Source: Balamuthia mandrillaris
Lineage: Eukaryota
Assembly (NCBI GenBank): GCA_031835245.2
Contig: JAVKOQ020000073.1
Location: 124,001 to 188,000, forward strand
Reading direction: 5' to 3'
DNA length: 64,000 bases
Position 1 is the first letter of the stretch. Each line of letters opens with the position of its first letter. Positions 22,906 to 36,690 of the stretch are shown here, piece after piece. The notes beneath the pieces were generated by a model. That model did no database searches, was not told where the DNA came from, and saw nothing but the letters and a program-made list of their open reading frames with translations. Both the position numbers and the translations under genes were made by a program.

Positions 22906-24354
22906 TCTCATTAGAGCATTGTGCTGGGCAAATATTTTGAGAAGCAAACCGTCTTTCCGCCAAAATACTTTCAAAGTAAATCGGTCATTGAACTCGGATG
23001 GTTTTTTTTTTCCTCTTCTTTTTCTTGTCTCTCCTTTCTCCTTATTTATGTTCCTCTCATATCCTCTCCGTCTTCTTTCCTTCTTCTTCTTCTTCTTCTT
23101 CTTCTTCTTCTTCTTCTTCTTCTTCTTCTTCTTCTTCTTCTTCTTGTTCTTCTTGTTCTTCTTCTTCTTCTTCTTCTTCTTCTCCTCTGTCTTGTCGTTT
23201 CTTTCGTTTTATCGAATTCGCATTCCACTCACATACTGGTACCAGCGGATGCGGTTTAACTGGGCTCGTCCTGCACTGCTTAGGTAAGAATGCCGTTGCC
23301 CCGCATATTTCTTTGTTCTGTACGTTTTGATAAAGAGTCATCCCATCAAAGGTGCAAAGCGGACAGTGCTTACTGACCTGGAAGACACTATAGACGTAGT
23401 TCGTCGAAACGTCAAAGACAACAGCACAGCTCCAGAAAGTGACATTCAGGTGTTTGTGCAGTCTTGGTATTCTCTCTCGCTTCTCCCTTTCCTTTCTGTC
23501 TTCTTCAATAACACTGCAGACAAAACAAGGGGTGAAGAGCTTCCCACAAACGAAAAGTTTGATGTGATAGTGGGAACAGACATAATGTACATCCCTGAAG
23601 CCATTCCTGCTCTAATCACTTCATTGGAGCAATTGGCAACACCGAACGCAGATATCTATTTCGCTTATGGAAGAAACAGAAACGGAGAAGATGAGTTCAA
23701 GAAAGGCATTTCTGGAAAGTTTACTTTGGAGGAGGTTCGTTGACAACATAGAGAGAGCAAGAGAGAGAGAGAGAGAGAGGGAGAGGGAGAGGGAGAGGGA
23801 GAGGGAGAGGGAGAGGGAGAGGGAGAGGGAGAGGGAGAGGAGAGTGGGGAGGGGAGAGGGAGAGGGGAGAGGGAGAGGAGAGGGAGAGGGAGAGGGAGAG
23901 GGAGAGGGAGAGGGAGAGGGAGAGGGAGAGGGAGAGGGAGAGGGAGAGGGAGAGGGAGAGGGAGAGGGAGAGGGAGAGGGAGAGGGAGAGGGAGAAAGCA
24001 AGAGAGATGACGAGAAACGGCACTTAAGTGGTAAAAAGAGAAGATTTGGATGAGCTTTATCAAAGCGATGAAATAACAGTCATAAAGCTGAAACGAACCA
24101 ACAACAACAGCAACAGCTACAATACAAATGAAAAAACCAAACGGAAACGAAAAAGAAAACAGAGAAAAGACGAAGACAAGAAGAACAAGACTAAAAATAC
24201 TGAAAAGAAAGCAAAAAAGGTGAAGAAAGGTACCAAAGAAGAAGCTTCCGAAAAGGAACAAGATGAGCAGGAAGAAGCAAACATCAAGCAACAAGAAAAG
24301 AAACGAAAGAAGAAAAAGAAGAAAACGAAGAAGACGACCAAAACTCCAAGCTAA
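22563..24354 (+). CDS. METTL21-like (Methyltransf_16) protein-lysine methyltransferase with Lys-rich tail, multi-exon
   Basis: GTTVWDS|SIVL; motif [29 protein letters not shown]. Confidence 0.88.
23775..23995 (+). repeat. Intronic (GAGAGG)n microsatellite
   Basis: Near-perfect hexamer tract inside the last intron of the methyltransferase gene. Confidence 0.95.
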
Positions 24355-24393
24355 CATAAAACCAAACTGTTTTCAAAAGAACAGCATAAAACT

Positions 24394-25396
24394 TTATATC
24401 AAGTTTTTCAACGTTAGATCTTCCTTTATGTTGTACGCTTGTGCTATCAACTGGTTTTAAATGTTTAGTCAGCACACGCAACAAAAGAAAAGACACCAAA
24501 GACTCGAAAACAAAAAAGAAACGAACTTGGTCCATATCCATGGGCGGAAGATGCTGCAAAAAGCCTTTGAGTTCCGAATGTTCGAGCTCGGTGAGGTCCT
24601 CGTGGAACTGCACCAAAATGGCGAGGCAGATGTAGACGTGCAGTCTCAGGCCTTCCTCGCAGCTAAAGTAAGTGTCCCATAACCGCAAGACGCAGTCAAA
24701 AGGCAGTTCTTTTGCTAGCAAAAACTATAACATGATTGGTTTGTTCGTGTGAGAGGAGAGCAGAGAGGTAGCAGGAGAACAAAGAGAGATGAGAGAGCTG
24801 AGAGGAGAGAGCAGAGAGAGAAACGAAACTTGAACCCAAGGCGTGGCCCAGTCATTCGGGCCAACTTCTTCGTCTTCAAAATATGTAAATCTTATTGTGG
24901 TTGCAAGTGTAAAGTGGGAATTTGTTTGATGGAGAGGAGGAGGAGGAAGAGAGCACGTACAAGTCAGGTAAAAGGGATTGGAAAAACATCATCAGCATGG
25001 AAACGTTTTGGGGCAAGTCATCCGCAGAAAACTTTTCCTCTGGTATGGTTTGCAAGATAAACGAGAAAAAAAAAAGAAGAACGAGACAGAAGATAGAAAC
25101 AAAATACCAAAACAAAACAAAACAAAACAAAACAAACCTTCCATTCGTTTGACAAGACTGTCGAAACAGAAAAAGGCAGCATACTCTTCCTCGCAAAGAT
25201 AAACAAAGGGAGCCAGTAAACTCAACGTTCCGTTGCTTATATACTATTATTCAAAGCCACAAAAAAAAAATAAACGAAAGAATAATAAGCAAAAAAACAA
25301 AAATAACAAGAAAACAAAAAGAAAAACCAACAAAGAAAACACCAAAAAAAAAAGAAAAAAGAAAAAAGAAAAAGAAATGTTGAAATGTTTGAAAGC

Positions 25397-25432
<36 letters not shown>

Positions 25433-25877
25433 CTCAAACTCGGTATGACTGTTGACATAAGCGGTGATCAAGTAGACGAAGCGTTTGCGGTTGGTGTCCG
25501 TGTGAAGCTCGGTAATGTTGGGGCGAAAGCGTTTCAACTCCCTGGAAATGTTCCGAATGTCCTCGCTGTGAATCGTTTTGTCCAGCTGGTCGTACTCTTC
25601 CTTGAGCTTACGCACCATTTTCATTTCTTGTGCTTTTAAGAAACAGAAAAATGGTTTCAAAATCAAAAAAAAAAAAAAGGAGTAGAAAATGAGAGGGGAG
25701 AAGAGAGATGGAACGATGATTACATTTGTCTTCTTTGGACACGCCGAGAAGATATTTCCAGACCTCACCTCTGACAGAGTCCGGGACTCCAAACATGGAG
25801 ACCTCTCTCAGGTTGTTCAGGTCGATGGCCGACTCGCCTTCCAACAGCTCCACAAACTCTTCCTCGTTCACAGCCAT
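24394..25877 (-). CDS. Small TBC (Rab-GAP fold) domain protein with degenerate catalytic motifs, multi-exon
   Basis: GVPDSVRGEVWKYLLG; LSLLAPFVY...AAFFCFDSL; LAKELPFDCVLRLWDTYF...HVYICLAIL. Last exon LIAQAYNIKEDLTLKNLI*. Confidence 0.88.
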
Positions 25878-26525
25878 CTCTCTTCTCCTCCTTCTTTCTC
25901 TTTATGTCTACAAAAACTTCCAGCTGACGTCAGGTTTACAACGGAATGTCCGCATTTAAATGCCTCAAATTCCATAAATTTCTTTACTTTTTTAAGGCCG
26001 CAAGTCGACTATATATACTATATAAAGAAATTTTTAATTCGATCGTTTCAAGGTACTGCTGCGATCCCAAAGTATCCCCTTTAATTCCTTTCTTTTTCTT
26101 CTGTCGACAATTCTTTTTTCCTTCTTTATTTTTTTTTTGTTGAGGAAAAGAAAAAAAAAGCAGAGTCCGATTCCGATTTGAACTGTTTTTTTTAACCCGG
26201 CCTTTTTTTTTTCAACAACCTTCTTCTCCTTCGTCCTCGCTCTTCCGACACTCGGTTGGTCGTTTCGCTCTACCTTCTATTTTTTTTTTTTGTCGCCGAT
26301 TATTTAATTTCCTTCGCGATCGATTGAATCGCTCTCATTTCCTTCCTTTTTGGCATCCTCTCTGTACGTACATTTTTTTTCCCCGTTTCTTTCTTCTTCT
26401 CACTATGGATGCGTGTTCCCACTTCCTTTCCGATCGATTCCCTTTGAATTCTTATGATACTGTTTTTTGTTTGTTCGCTACTCGTTTTGTCATGCACAGT
26501 CCCAACCAAAAAAAAAAAAAACAGT

Positions 26526-28061
26526 ATGGAGACCCCACAAACAGAAGCACAGCAACCCTCCCAGGAGACTCAACAGCAAGAACAAGTAGCAGCCACTGCC
26601 GTTGCCACTATTACCACGGCTACCAACTCCGAGGAGGAGGCCATGGCCCTGGAGCGGCTTCAACAGCAGCAGTTCCAGCTGCAGCAGCTGCAGCACCTCC
26701 ACCAGCAACAGCAGCAGCTGCAACACATGGCCGCGTTGATGTCCCCTCCTCCCATGGGCATCGCCGCCCTGCCCGCCTCCATGACCGGCCCGGAGGGCTC
26801 GGCCATGTCCCTGCCTCTGCCCATGCCGCTCCCCATGGTGGGCGGCATTCCCGGCGTCGGCCTGGGCGTGGTGGGAAGGCCTCACCCGCAGGAAGGTATG
26901 ATTTGTCGATTCTACAAGGGCACGCCGGAGAGCTGCATGAGAGGGGAGCAGTGCCCGTTCATTCATCAGGAATGGGCCAAGAAAGATAGAGGTTTGTTTG
27001 ATTTTCTTTCTTTTTTTGAGTGTTCTCTCTCATTCGCTTCTTTCTCTCTCTCTCTCGTTCTCTCTCTCGCTTTCTCTTGTTTTCTCATCTCATTTGTTTT
27101 TATTTTCATTTCTTTTTTTTTCTGGTCGTTCTTGTCTCCCTTGTCACTGTCAAACATTTCATCTTGGAGCATTCTTCTCTTATCCTCTCGTCTTCTCTTG
27201 TTCTCTCGTTTTCTCTTCGCTGCTTTCTTCTTTCTCTTTCACCATCTGAATCTTCTTTCAATATATCAAGCGGGTCCTCCCGTATGTGCCTTTTTCAGCA
27301 CTCCCAACGGCTGCCGATATGGCCAGCACTGCAAGTTCTCTCACTCGATGGCTCGTTTGTTGCAAGTAACCGCTCCCGACAGTCCCGAAGCAAAACTGTT
27401 GATCGAGCAACAACTCGCCAGCGAACGAGAGAATGGTCACCATCGCAACCATCATCACAACAGGAGAGGAGGTGGTCGGGGAAGAGGAGGAAGAGGCAAA
27501 GGTAACAGAGGGGGACGCGGAGGTAGAAGCAGGAGAGGTAGCAGAGCTGCGGAAGGTGAGCAACAACAAAACGGCGGAGAGCACGAGACCACAACGTCGG
27601 GAGAGGGTGGTGAGGGTAGCGTTGTCAATGCGGAGACCAATGGCAACTCTTCTGGTCACCGAACACGATCAAAGAGCGGAAAGAGAGGCGGCGGTCAACG
27701 AGGAGGCAGAGGTGGACAACACAACAAGGGAGCTAACTCCCAGGACAAGCAAAAGTGGCAGGAGAAGAAGGAGGGAGAGGTCGCTGCTGCTGCTGAAGAG
27801 GTCGAGAAGGACAAACAGGACGCAGAGCAGAAGAGCAAGGAGGAAGGAGAAGCAGAAACTGCTGCTCCCGCTGCTTCCGAGAACACCTCTGCTGCTTCTG
27901 AAGAGAAGAAGGAGGATGCCGCCGCCGCTGCCTCTCAAGAAACGGACAAGATTGATGAGCCCTCGAAAGACGAAGAAGTAAAGCAGGAAGAAGCCAGCGA
28001 GAAGAAGGAAGAAGGCGAAGAAGAGAAGGAAGCAGAGGAAGCACCCAAGGCTGCCGAGTAA
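26526..28061 (+). CDS. Two-CCCH zinc-finger protein with polyQ, RGG box and acidic tail (putative RNA-binding), one intron
   Basis: CRFYKGTPESCMRGEQCPFIH and CAFFSTPNGCRYGQHCKFSH; RGGGRGRGGRG. A pyrimidine-rich intron at about 26992-27269 happens to be read through in the ORF track. Confidence 0.88.
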   Translation: METPQTEAQQPSQETQQQEQVAATAVATITTATNSEEEAMALERLQQQQFQLQQLQHLHQQQQQLQHMAALMSPPPMGIAALPASMTGPEGSAMSLPLPMPLPMVGGIPGVGLGVVGRPHPQEGMICRFYKGTPESCMRGEQCPFIHQEWAKKDRGLFDFLSFFECSLSFASFSLSLVLSLAFSCFLISFVFIFISFFFWSFLSPLSLSNISSWSILLLSSRLLLFSRFLFAAFFFLFHHLNLLSIYQAGPPVCAFFSTPNGCRYGQHCKFSHSMARLLQVTAPDSPEAKLLIEQQLASERENGHHRNHHHNRRGGGRGRGGRGKGNRGGRGGRSRRGSRAAEGEQQQNGGEHETTTSGEGGEGSVVNAETNGNSSGHRTRSKSGKRGGGQRGGRGGQHNKGANSQDKQKWQEKKEGEVAAAAEEVEKDKQDAEQKSKEEGEAETAAPAASENTSAASEEKKEDAAAAASQETDKIDEPSKDEEVKQEEASEKKEEGEEEKEAEEAPKAAE

Positions 28062-28332
28062 AAAAACCTCTTCTTCCTTCGAGGTTTCCTCACATTCTTA
28101 ACATTCTTTCAATAATCACGAGGAAATTTCTCTCTTTCTTCATATTTTGTCGACATCGGAAGATTAATAATCGGGGAAATGACATCACACCCGACCAATC
28201 CTATTGCAGCAAATTAGGCGAGGGAGAAAAGAAAGAACAGAAAGAAAAAAAGCGTAGTGGTAACGTGGCCCATTGCAGAGGAGGCGGAGGAAGCACTGGC
28301 ACAAGTCGACCACCTTTCTTTTTGCTTGTGAG

Positions 28333-31300
28333 ATGCAGGTTTGTTTGTTTTCTCTCTTTGTGGTGTTTCACTTTGTGTGTGTGTGTCAGAAACTAAAGAT
28401 TTCATTCATCACAAACAAACATTTGGATGGATGAAAAAAAAAAAAGAAGCAGGCACCTGAAGAGAGACCACTGCTTCGTAGCAGTGGCAGTGAGGACTCT
28501 TTCTCCTCTCCAGACCTACCAAGCACCGACAAGCAGGTTCGCTTTCGTCTGCCTCGTTTGGAGCAAGAGCTGGACGACTCTGATGCTGAGAGGGACGCCC
28601 AAGAGGCCTATCAAGAACTGGTCCATGGAGTGTCTCTTAAGAAGAGAGTCAGCTCCTTGTCGCGCTCGCCAACTCCACAGAGCATAACTCGACGGATTAA
28701 TGTGCGCACCTCTTCACCTAGAGTCTACTTTGCAAGTGTTGTTTGCTTATTCTTGATTGTTTCTCCTCTGTTCTTCTATCATTCTCCTCCTCTCTCTCTC
28801 TCTCTCTCACCCTCTTCCTCTTCTTGCTACTTCCTTCACCTTTCTTCTTTCTTCGCTCTTTGTAGGCTGCATTTTGGGCGTTAATGTTGGAGTTGTGGGT
28901 GGCAGTGCGTTACGCCCTCAGCGACTCACGCAAGAACTATCGTAACTTCATTATCGCCGTAATCACTGTGTTCATTGTCGTCACATTTGTCGTGTACGCT
29001 CTCTCTATTCTATTCTCTTCTCGTCGTTCTCTTCTATTTCTCTCCTCTTGTCTCCTCTCTTGTCCCGTTGTCTCATTCTCTCTTCTCGCTCTTCCCTCTT
29101 TTTTCTCTCTTCTGCTGGTTTTTGTTTGTTCCATCACTGACAACAATATTTTTTGAAACAAAGCGCTTTATCGACAGCTATAGGAAAAGCACCTCTCGTA
29201 TTCCTCAAGCTAGCAGAAAACACGTTGGGCGAGTATGACCTCGTCATGACACCAACCTTTGAGCAACCCGTGCTGCAACCTGCTCAAATTATCTCCTCGG
29301 AGAACAACACGGCATACGAGTCCTCCACCTTCCTCCTCAACGCCACCAGCATCATGCAACAGCTGTCCGGCGTGCCACAGGTGGAGGGAGTGGTGCCACG
29401 GTGGGCATTGTTGGGCAGAGTGGGCAATCGTTTTGAGCCGGAAAGAAACTCAAGCGCCATTATTCTTATCATTGACACGGAAGCAGAAAAGGTACCTTGT
29501 CGTCTATTCTCTTGGTCCTCTCTTCGGTTGTCTCTTCTCTTTAACCGTTTCTCTTCTTGCTTCTCTTTCTTCACGCACATCAGAGAGTTGGACTTGGACG
29601 AGGGTGGGAGCATCGTGCTTTGGGTGAAAAAGAGGCACTTGTTTCAGGACCGTTGCTTCGAAACTTGGGGATAAATGCTAATGCTGGCGAGTGGATGAGC
29701 CTCACCTTCGATCTTACTGACCTATCCACGGTTAGCTACTTCCTTTATCAAAGCTCCTTGTTTGAATGCTCATTCTCTCTCTTTCTCTCTCACTCCACAA
29801 CGAAGGATGCTGGCGGCTTCTCCCCAGATTTATTAGATAAAGCAGCTCGTCAATTCTTTATACTCACTGCCAAACAAGTACTCGCCAATAAGACGCTCAC
29901 CATTGACATTTCCAACGCCACTCAAGTCCAACAACAAATTGGTTCTCTTTCTTCTTTCTCTTTTTCCACTATTTCCTCTTATTGACGTCGGTGAACCCAA
30001 ACATTATAGCCAGATTGGCGAACATAACGCTTCCTATTGAATTGGTGGAACAGGCATTGATCGTTATACGGGCCAACTTTGGTGGCAGCTCTATCATTGA
30101 GGTTAATTCGGATGAGTATCTCACGGACGAGCTTCTCTCAGACATTTTCGATCAGTTCTACTCCCAAACGAGTGGCGCGTCTAATCTTCTTCGGTTTAGT
30201 ACCGATATCATGGGTATCTTTCTTCTTCCTCTTTTCTTCTTGCCTCCTCGATCGTCCTTCTTCCTTCCTTATTCCTTCTGCATTCTTGCTCTCAAACATT
30301 TTTACTTGTTTTAAAATAGTGGCAGGATCAGTGGAAGAGCCAAGAGGCAAATGGCCTGCTGCTCTCGGAACAGTCGTAATCATGGAAGCCAAATACGTTC
30401 CCTTTCTCATCTTCAAGGAACTGCTACCGCCGTTCTTCAAAGAGGATGCTCAGCTGCTTCGTACCATCTTGTCCGCTCTTCCTGGCATGCGACTGCCGCC
30501 TCCTCCTGCCGATCCTTCTCATGACAGCGTCGACCTTCTCTTGAAAGACTTTCCCATTTATGTTCGTATACAACCTACTCCCCTTTCTTTCTTCCTTTCC
30601 TTTGTTTTTTCTTTCCTCATTCCATTTGCTATGTTCTTATCAAAACAAAACTGACAATGCAAAACATAGGATTATGCACCGTTAGTGATAGTACAGAAAA
30701 AAGGCAGAATAGGAACATACATACAAGGACAATCAGAGCGTGATGAGGAACTTATCGCATGGACGAATGGAATCTCTTTGGCGCTCGGTCTTGCTTTACC
30801 AATGGACTACAAGCTGCCCATCAATGAGTTTTTAAACACTGTCGATATCGCCAGAGCTTTTCTGGACCAAGTACGTTCTTCTTTGTCTCTTTTTTCATTC
30901 TGTTTGTTTCTTTACTAATATTCGCTTATCAGTTGTTAATAGTTATAGTGTCAGTGCTGATACTTCATTCCATGCTTGTTATTTATTCATTGTTGTTGAG
31001 CAACGCGGAGGAGAAGACATATGAATACGGCATGCTGCGCGCTCTTGGCATGCAACACAACTCTCTTATCAAGCTCCTTACTATTCAGGTTTCTCTCTTC
31101 CTCGACTCTCTTCTCTTTTCACTAACAATGAATTAAAATTTAAAGGCGCTTTACTTCTCGCTTCCAGCAATTGGGTTGGGACTTGGCGCAGCTTTTCTGG
31201 TTAACATACCAGTAGCCTATTTTATAGCCTCCTATTCCGACACAGAGATGGACATTCGGCTGAGTAGCATTTCTATTGCTATTGGTCTCGCTCTTGGCTT

Positions 31301-31364
31301 TATCATGCCTATTATTGCTAACATTATTCCCATTCGTGTATGCCTGCTCTCTTTCCTCTCTCCT

Positions 31365-31406
<42 letters not shown>

Positions 31407-32954
31407 TCTTCTTCATATTCTTTATCATGCAAAACTGTTATTCATCCTTTCTTCTTCGTTTAGCGTGCGTTGACGCAAACTTTGAGAGATGCATTAGACA
31501 TTTATCACCAAAGCTTCAGCGATACTTTAGTTCGGATAGTCCGACTGGAGAACATGGGAATCTCCATAGAGCAAACGGTGTCCTCCATAATGGCCGTCGT
31601 CTTTGGCTTCCTTCTCATTTACGTGGTTCCCTTTGCCTTCCGCTATGAATATTGGTCTCTCTTCCTTGGTCTTCTCAACGCCACCCTCCTAGGTACCTAT
31701 TTTTCTTCTCCTCAGTTCTGTTTTTATATGTTTTCTTTGCTTCTCCTCTCTCCTTCGCCTTCTTCATCACTTTGCTCTTCTGCTTTGTTCTTCCTTAGTC
31801 TTGTTATATTTTCTACGCTCTAACATTACATCACTTCACTAAAACAGGAATGGTGATTGGTTTGGCGATGGTTGCCTCCATTCTTCAGAAGAAAGCGGAG
31901 CGGTGGATGCTCCATCTGCTGATGTGGGGAAAGGCTCGCAAACTGAAATCATTGGTGCGCAAGGCTCTCACTGCCCATGGGGACCGAAACCGAAAGACTG
32001 CACTCATGTTTACCACTGTTGTTGCCTTCCTGTCCGTTTTCTCTTGTCTCTTTATTCTGCTCCAACCTGCGATACTAAACAAGAACATTCTACTCTCAGT
32101 ATTTTCGCTTCAGCAATATTTCATTTACAGACGGCGTCAGTGGTGGACAACGCAAGAGTGCTCTCCGGCAGCGACATTCTCTTTCAAACTATTGCATGGG
32201 GACACCGTCTGCCCGAAGATCAGATGCGTGAGTTTTTGGATGAGCATCTCCAATCCAAGAATCCATACATCAAAAGCTACAGCTGTACGTATTTTATTTT
32301 TCGCCTCTTTTTCTCTTTGGCTGAAGTTGTTTTTTGTTATTTTTTTGTTGGGCGAGACAGTTGCCACATTACCCTTTCATCAGTTGGGTGGCATAAGGCA
32401 TACTTATTTATCTAACATGGCAAGACATCCTTGGGGCAAAGTGGTTCGTTTCTCTCTTCTTCCGTCTTCTTAAATATTCCTTAACAAAATATCCTGTCAA
32501 ACAAAAGGATCTTTACGGAGTTGAAGAGAATTACATGCACACGATGTATGACGAGTATTTTATGGCGTCAGACATCGACGAAGAGTTCAGCTACAAACAA
32601 ACGGCCAAAAGCAAACCAAACGTTATAGCCAGTCTCTACGATGATGCCGGCAAAGCGGAGTTCCCTATAGACAAACAAGATCACATTCCTCCCATTCTTG
32701 GCACGGGCTCTACTGACAATACTTCCTACATTGATTTGGATCGTAGCAAATACCCAACTTTGTTTCCTCGTCCAGAGGTAACTCGCTTCTCTGTCTTTCT
32801 ATCTCTCTCGGCTTCGTCGTTGGTCTTAACTAACTAACGTTATAATAATAAAGGAGGAGGAGGAAGGAGGATTCGACGTGCCTTACATTGTATATCAAGA
32901 TGAAGAGACAACCTACAATAACTACATTGACGTGATCGCCTCTACTGCTCATGT

Positions 32955-32999
<45 letters not shown>

Positions 33000-33784
33000 T
33001 CTTCTCTAATTTTATTGACAACTTTTTGGTAACAATAACAGAAAGGATTGGCGGTGTATATGTATGAACCAGCGCAACTTATCGTTCGCTTTAAGGTTAC
33101 TCGCATCCATCAATCGCGCTTGACCTATCTTGCCAAGCCACGCGCTCTTGTTAGCAAGTGTCCAGGTATACACCATCTTCTGCAATTATAATTTCGCCTT
33201 AAACTTCCATTTCTCACTTTATTTATTGCAGGTTTTCTATTCAGTTGGTTGGAGCTTCTGGCAGGTGCTTATCAACCGGTTCTCATAACAATGGACTCTT
33301 TTGATCGTCTCTCAAGGGAACTCTACGAAGCTCGCATTAATGCCTCCCAAGTTGCTGGCCTCAACGTTCTTCCTGAATACGTTTGTCTCTCCCTCTTCTT
33401 TTTCTTCTCCCCTTTCTTATTGTCATTCCGCAAACAAAAAAAAGTTGCGTCCACCTCCGGCAAAACCACCCAAAGCCAAACTGTTGGTGAGAATGGTGGA
33501 CGGCGCCACCAGAGACCAAAGAGAGTTCATCATCAACAGCCTTCGCAACTTTATGGACGACGATCGTGTGCTCGTGTCGGACACGGCCGATGCCATCGAT
33601 GCGACCGCCTTTGCGGTAGACTTATTGTTGACCTTCTTTTACATAATATCGTTCATAGCGATGGTGCTTTGCTTCTTTGTCCTTTGGATCTCGTTCACAT
33701 CGAATGTGAGGGAGAATGCATGGGAGTACGGTGTGCTTCGTGCTGTCGGCCTTGCTGTATGTTTTTCCCTTTATCCTCTTTGTT

Positions 33785-33833
<49 letters not shown>

Positions 33834-34194
33834 CCTGTTTTTCTTTGATGATTAGAATCGAGAGGTGCTTTCAATCTACGTCTTCGAGGCATTGGCTCTT
33901 ACTCTCACTTCCATCATTTTCGCAACTGGCATTGGTACTTTCTGTCCTCCTTCCTTTTCTTCTTTTATTTCTTTCTTCTCACACAACTTACAAAAAAAAC
34001 CAGGAGTGGCAGTGGCGTACACACTTTCATTCCAGTACTCGTTGTTTAACCAGATGTCGGTGCAAATCTTCTTCCCATGGAAGGTCTTCTTTGCGATGCT
34101 GGGCATGTCGTTGTGCGTGGCGGTGCTTGGCTCTTACCTCCCCGCTCGCTCTCTCGGCAAAAAAGAGATCGCCCAAGCCATTCGTGGCAAGTGA
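28333..34194 (+). CDS. FtsX/MacB-like (DUF214) ABC-type permease with two FtsX modules, many exons
   Basis: YALSDSRKNYRNFIIAVITVFIVVTF; IYSLLLSNAEEKTYEYGMLRALG; RNRKTALMFT; FTSNVRENAWEYGVLRAVG; IYVFEALAL; AVLGSYLPA. The start codon is uncertain. Confidence 0.85.
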
Positions 34195-34195
34195 G

Positions 34196-34228
<33 letters not shown>

Positions 34229-34307
34229 CTTTCCAGCTCTCTTTCTCTCATGTAGATACAAAAATATATGGACAAAGTGGTTATCTCTTCCTTTCTTCTT
34301 TTCTTCT

Positions 34308-36690
34308 TTACGGTTGAATCTCTTGCACAATATCCAAACGAGTCCGTACAAGCTCTCCAAAGAGAGAGTTGGCCCAAGCGAACCACGCCCTGCTGAAGCG
34401 AGCGGGGTTGTCCGGGTGGAAGCTCTCGTGCATGAGGTCCGAGTTGTTGTCGGTGTTCATGCACATCCTCACCAGCTCCTTCACTTCCTCCGGATCATCC
34501 GAGGAGAGCGCTTGCATGATCAGCGACATGTGCCATATGTATCCGTTGTACGTATGGGGACTCCCTTTGAGAAAAGAACTAAAAGTTTTAGGGGAAAAAA
34601 AAAAGGAGAAGAGTATGAAAGAAGAGAGACGAACCAATGCCTTTGGCAAGCTTGCCTTGGTAATAAAACTTGTTCTTGGGACTCAACACCCATTTCCTCG
34701 TGTTGGCTGTGATGACTCCCTCCGGATCGTGCCGCGAGGTATAGCCCATGTACGGAATGGAGAGAAGACTGGGCACGTTGGCATCGTCCATCAAGTTGTG
34801 GTTGCCGAGCCCATCCGTCTCGTAGGCATAGATCTTGCCGAGCTGAGGGTCGTTGACGACGGCGTATTGGTGAATACCGTCGTCGATTTCGACGGCGAGG
34901 CGAGAGGCACGGGAGGCTAAGGTCTCGTCGGCGAGAACTTCTTTGGCGATTTGGGAGAGCTGTCGGAGGACGACCACTGCGAACATGTTGGAGGGAACGA
35001 GGAAGTTGTACCTGCATGGATCATCAGACGGTCGGAAGCCTATTTTTATTGAAGAAAATGGTTTTGAGAACGTTAAGAAGAAGCAAGAGATCGAGAGAGC
35101 AAGAAAGGGAGAAAAAAAGCCAAACCACTCCAAGTCATCCCAGTGCGTGTGTGAGCGGCACCAACACCTCGATTGGGCATCTCGCTGTGGTATTTGTAAG
35201 GTGAAACGTTTGGGTCGTGAACCTGTTCATTTATCCATGTCTGTACAATTAACTCTGCTGCTTTCTACAATAAAGTAGTTAATACTTTTAATAGCAGCAA
35301 AATGAGAATAGAGCGAAGAAGAAAGAAGAAATAAGGGACCTTCCACTGAGAATCAAAGAAAGAAGTACTGCCGGTGGCTTGCCAGTACTGATAGCTTAGA
35401 CTCAAAAAGTAACAAAGGCTGTCCACTTCGTACTTTCTTTCCCAAATCTCTGGCGTCTTTCCGTTCTTCTTTTCATTCGGAGGTATCTTGTCTCTATTGT
35501 GATTCATTCATCATCCAATTACATTTAAAAAAAGAACAGAAAATGAAAATGGAAAAGAAACAACCAACAACAGAACATTCAAAAACAAGAGAAATAAAGA
35601 AGCACGAACGCAGGAAATGGTTCCAGTCGAAAGGCATTGGCATATGGATCGTGCAAAATACGATTGGCTTGTCTCGTTATCAGTCCTTCGATAATTACCT
35701 TTGTTTTTGCTCCCGTTAGAAAAAGAGCACCAAGAAAAAGTGAAAGACAACGGAAAGAAATAGAGAGAGAGAGAGAGAAGAACAAAGAAAAGGAATAGAA
35801 AGAAAGAAACCTGAAGATGCAAATCAGAAGCAGCCAAAGGAAGGTAATGATGGACTTGAGCGGAGGAATCCCTGAGCCACATAGCAGGAATGTCTCCTGT
35901 AAAGATGTGCGTTGTGCCATCCGGCAAAAGTTGGGTCGTCGTTTCCAACGTACTGTTCGTTGTTTGGTTTTTTGTTTGCATTGTGTGAGAGAGAGAAGCA
36001 GAGAAGCAGAGAGAGAAGAGCAGAGAGAGTGAGAAAGAGAGTGAGAGAGAGAGAAAAGAGAGAGAAAAGAGAGAGAGAGAGAACGACAAGAAGAAAGAAA
36101 CGACACGAGAAAGAAAGAAGAACAGGAGCAAACCTAACAAAGCACTTTCGGAACATTCGTTGCAGTTTGGGATGGGCCAGCCGGGCGGCCACTCGCTCCA
36201 CCTCCTGGGCCACCGCCAGCGGCACCACCGGGGCGTCCTCCTTCCTGATGAGCTCCCCAACGAGCGGCTTGAACACTTGCAGCTGCTGCTGCAGCTGCCG
36301 CACGCGCTCCTCCAGAGGGAAGCCTCCTCCCTGCTGCGCTCTTGTGGCTTCCTCAAAAAATTTATCCATCTGCAGAGGCGAAAGCTGAGTGAGCTGAGAC
36401 TCCAACAAGTTGACCCGTTGTTGGAGGTCAGCTATGGCGGGGTCCTCCTGGTCGCCCTCTTCCTCGTAGGAAAGCCTTCGGAGCAGGCCTTCCAAGCGAG
36501 AGACCTCCTTCTCGATCAAGGCCTTGAGCTCCTCTCCATCTTTCTTGGCGTAGAATTGTTGATCGAAGGAAGCTGGGGTGGAAGGAGAAGGAGGAGTGGA
36601 CGGTGCACTGAGGAACCAGGTGACGAGCAAGGTGTTGCCCAGGATGACGATGAGCATGAAGGAAAGGTACCAAGCGAGACGTCCTCCCAT
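34308..36690 (-). CDS. Glycoside hydrolase family 125 (exo-alpha-1,6-mannosidase-like, DUF1237) with N-terminal membrane anchor and coiled stalk
   Basis: TGDIPAMWLRDSSAQV, DPYANAF, WERKYEVDSLCYF, FRPSDDPC, MDDANVPSLLS, GSPHT, MHESF...FSRAWFAWANSLFGEL. Confidence 0.93.
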
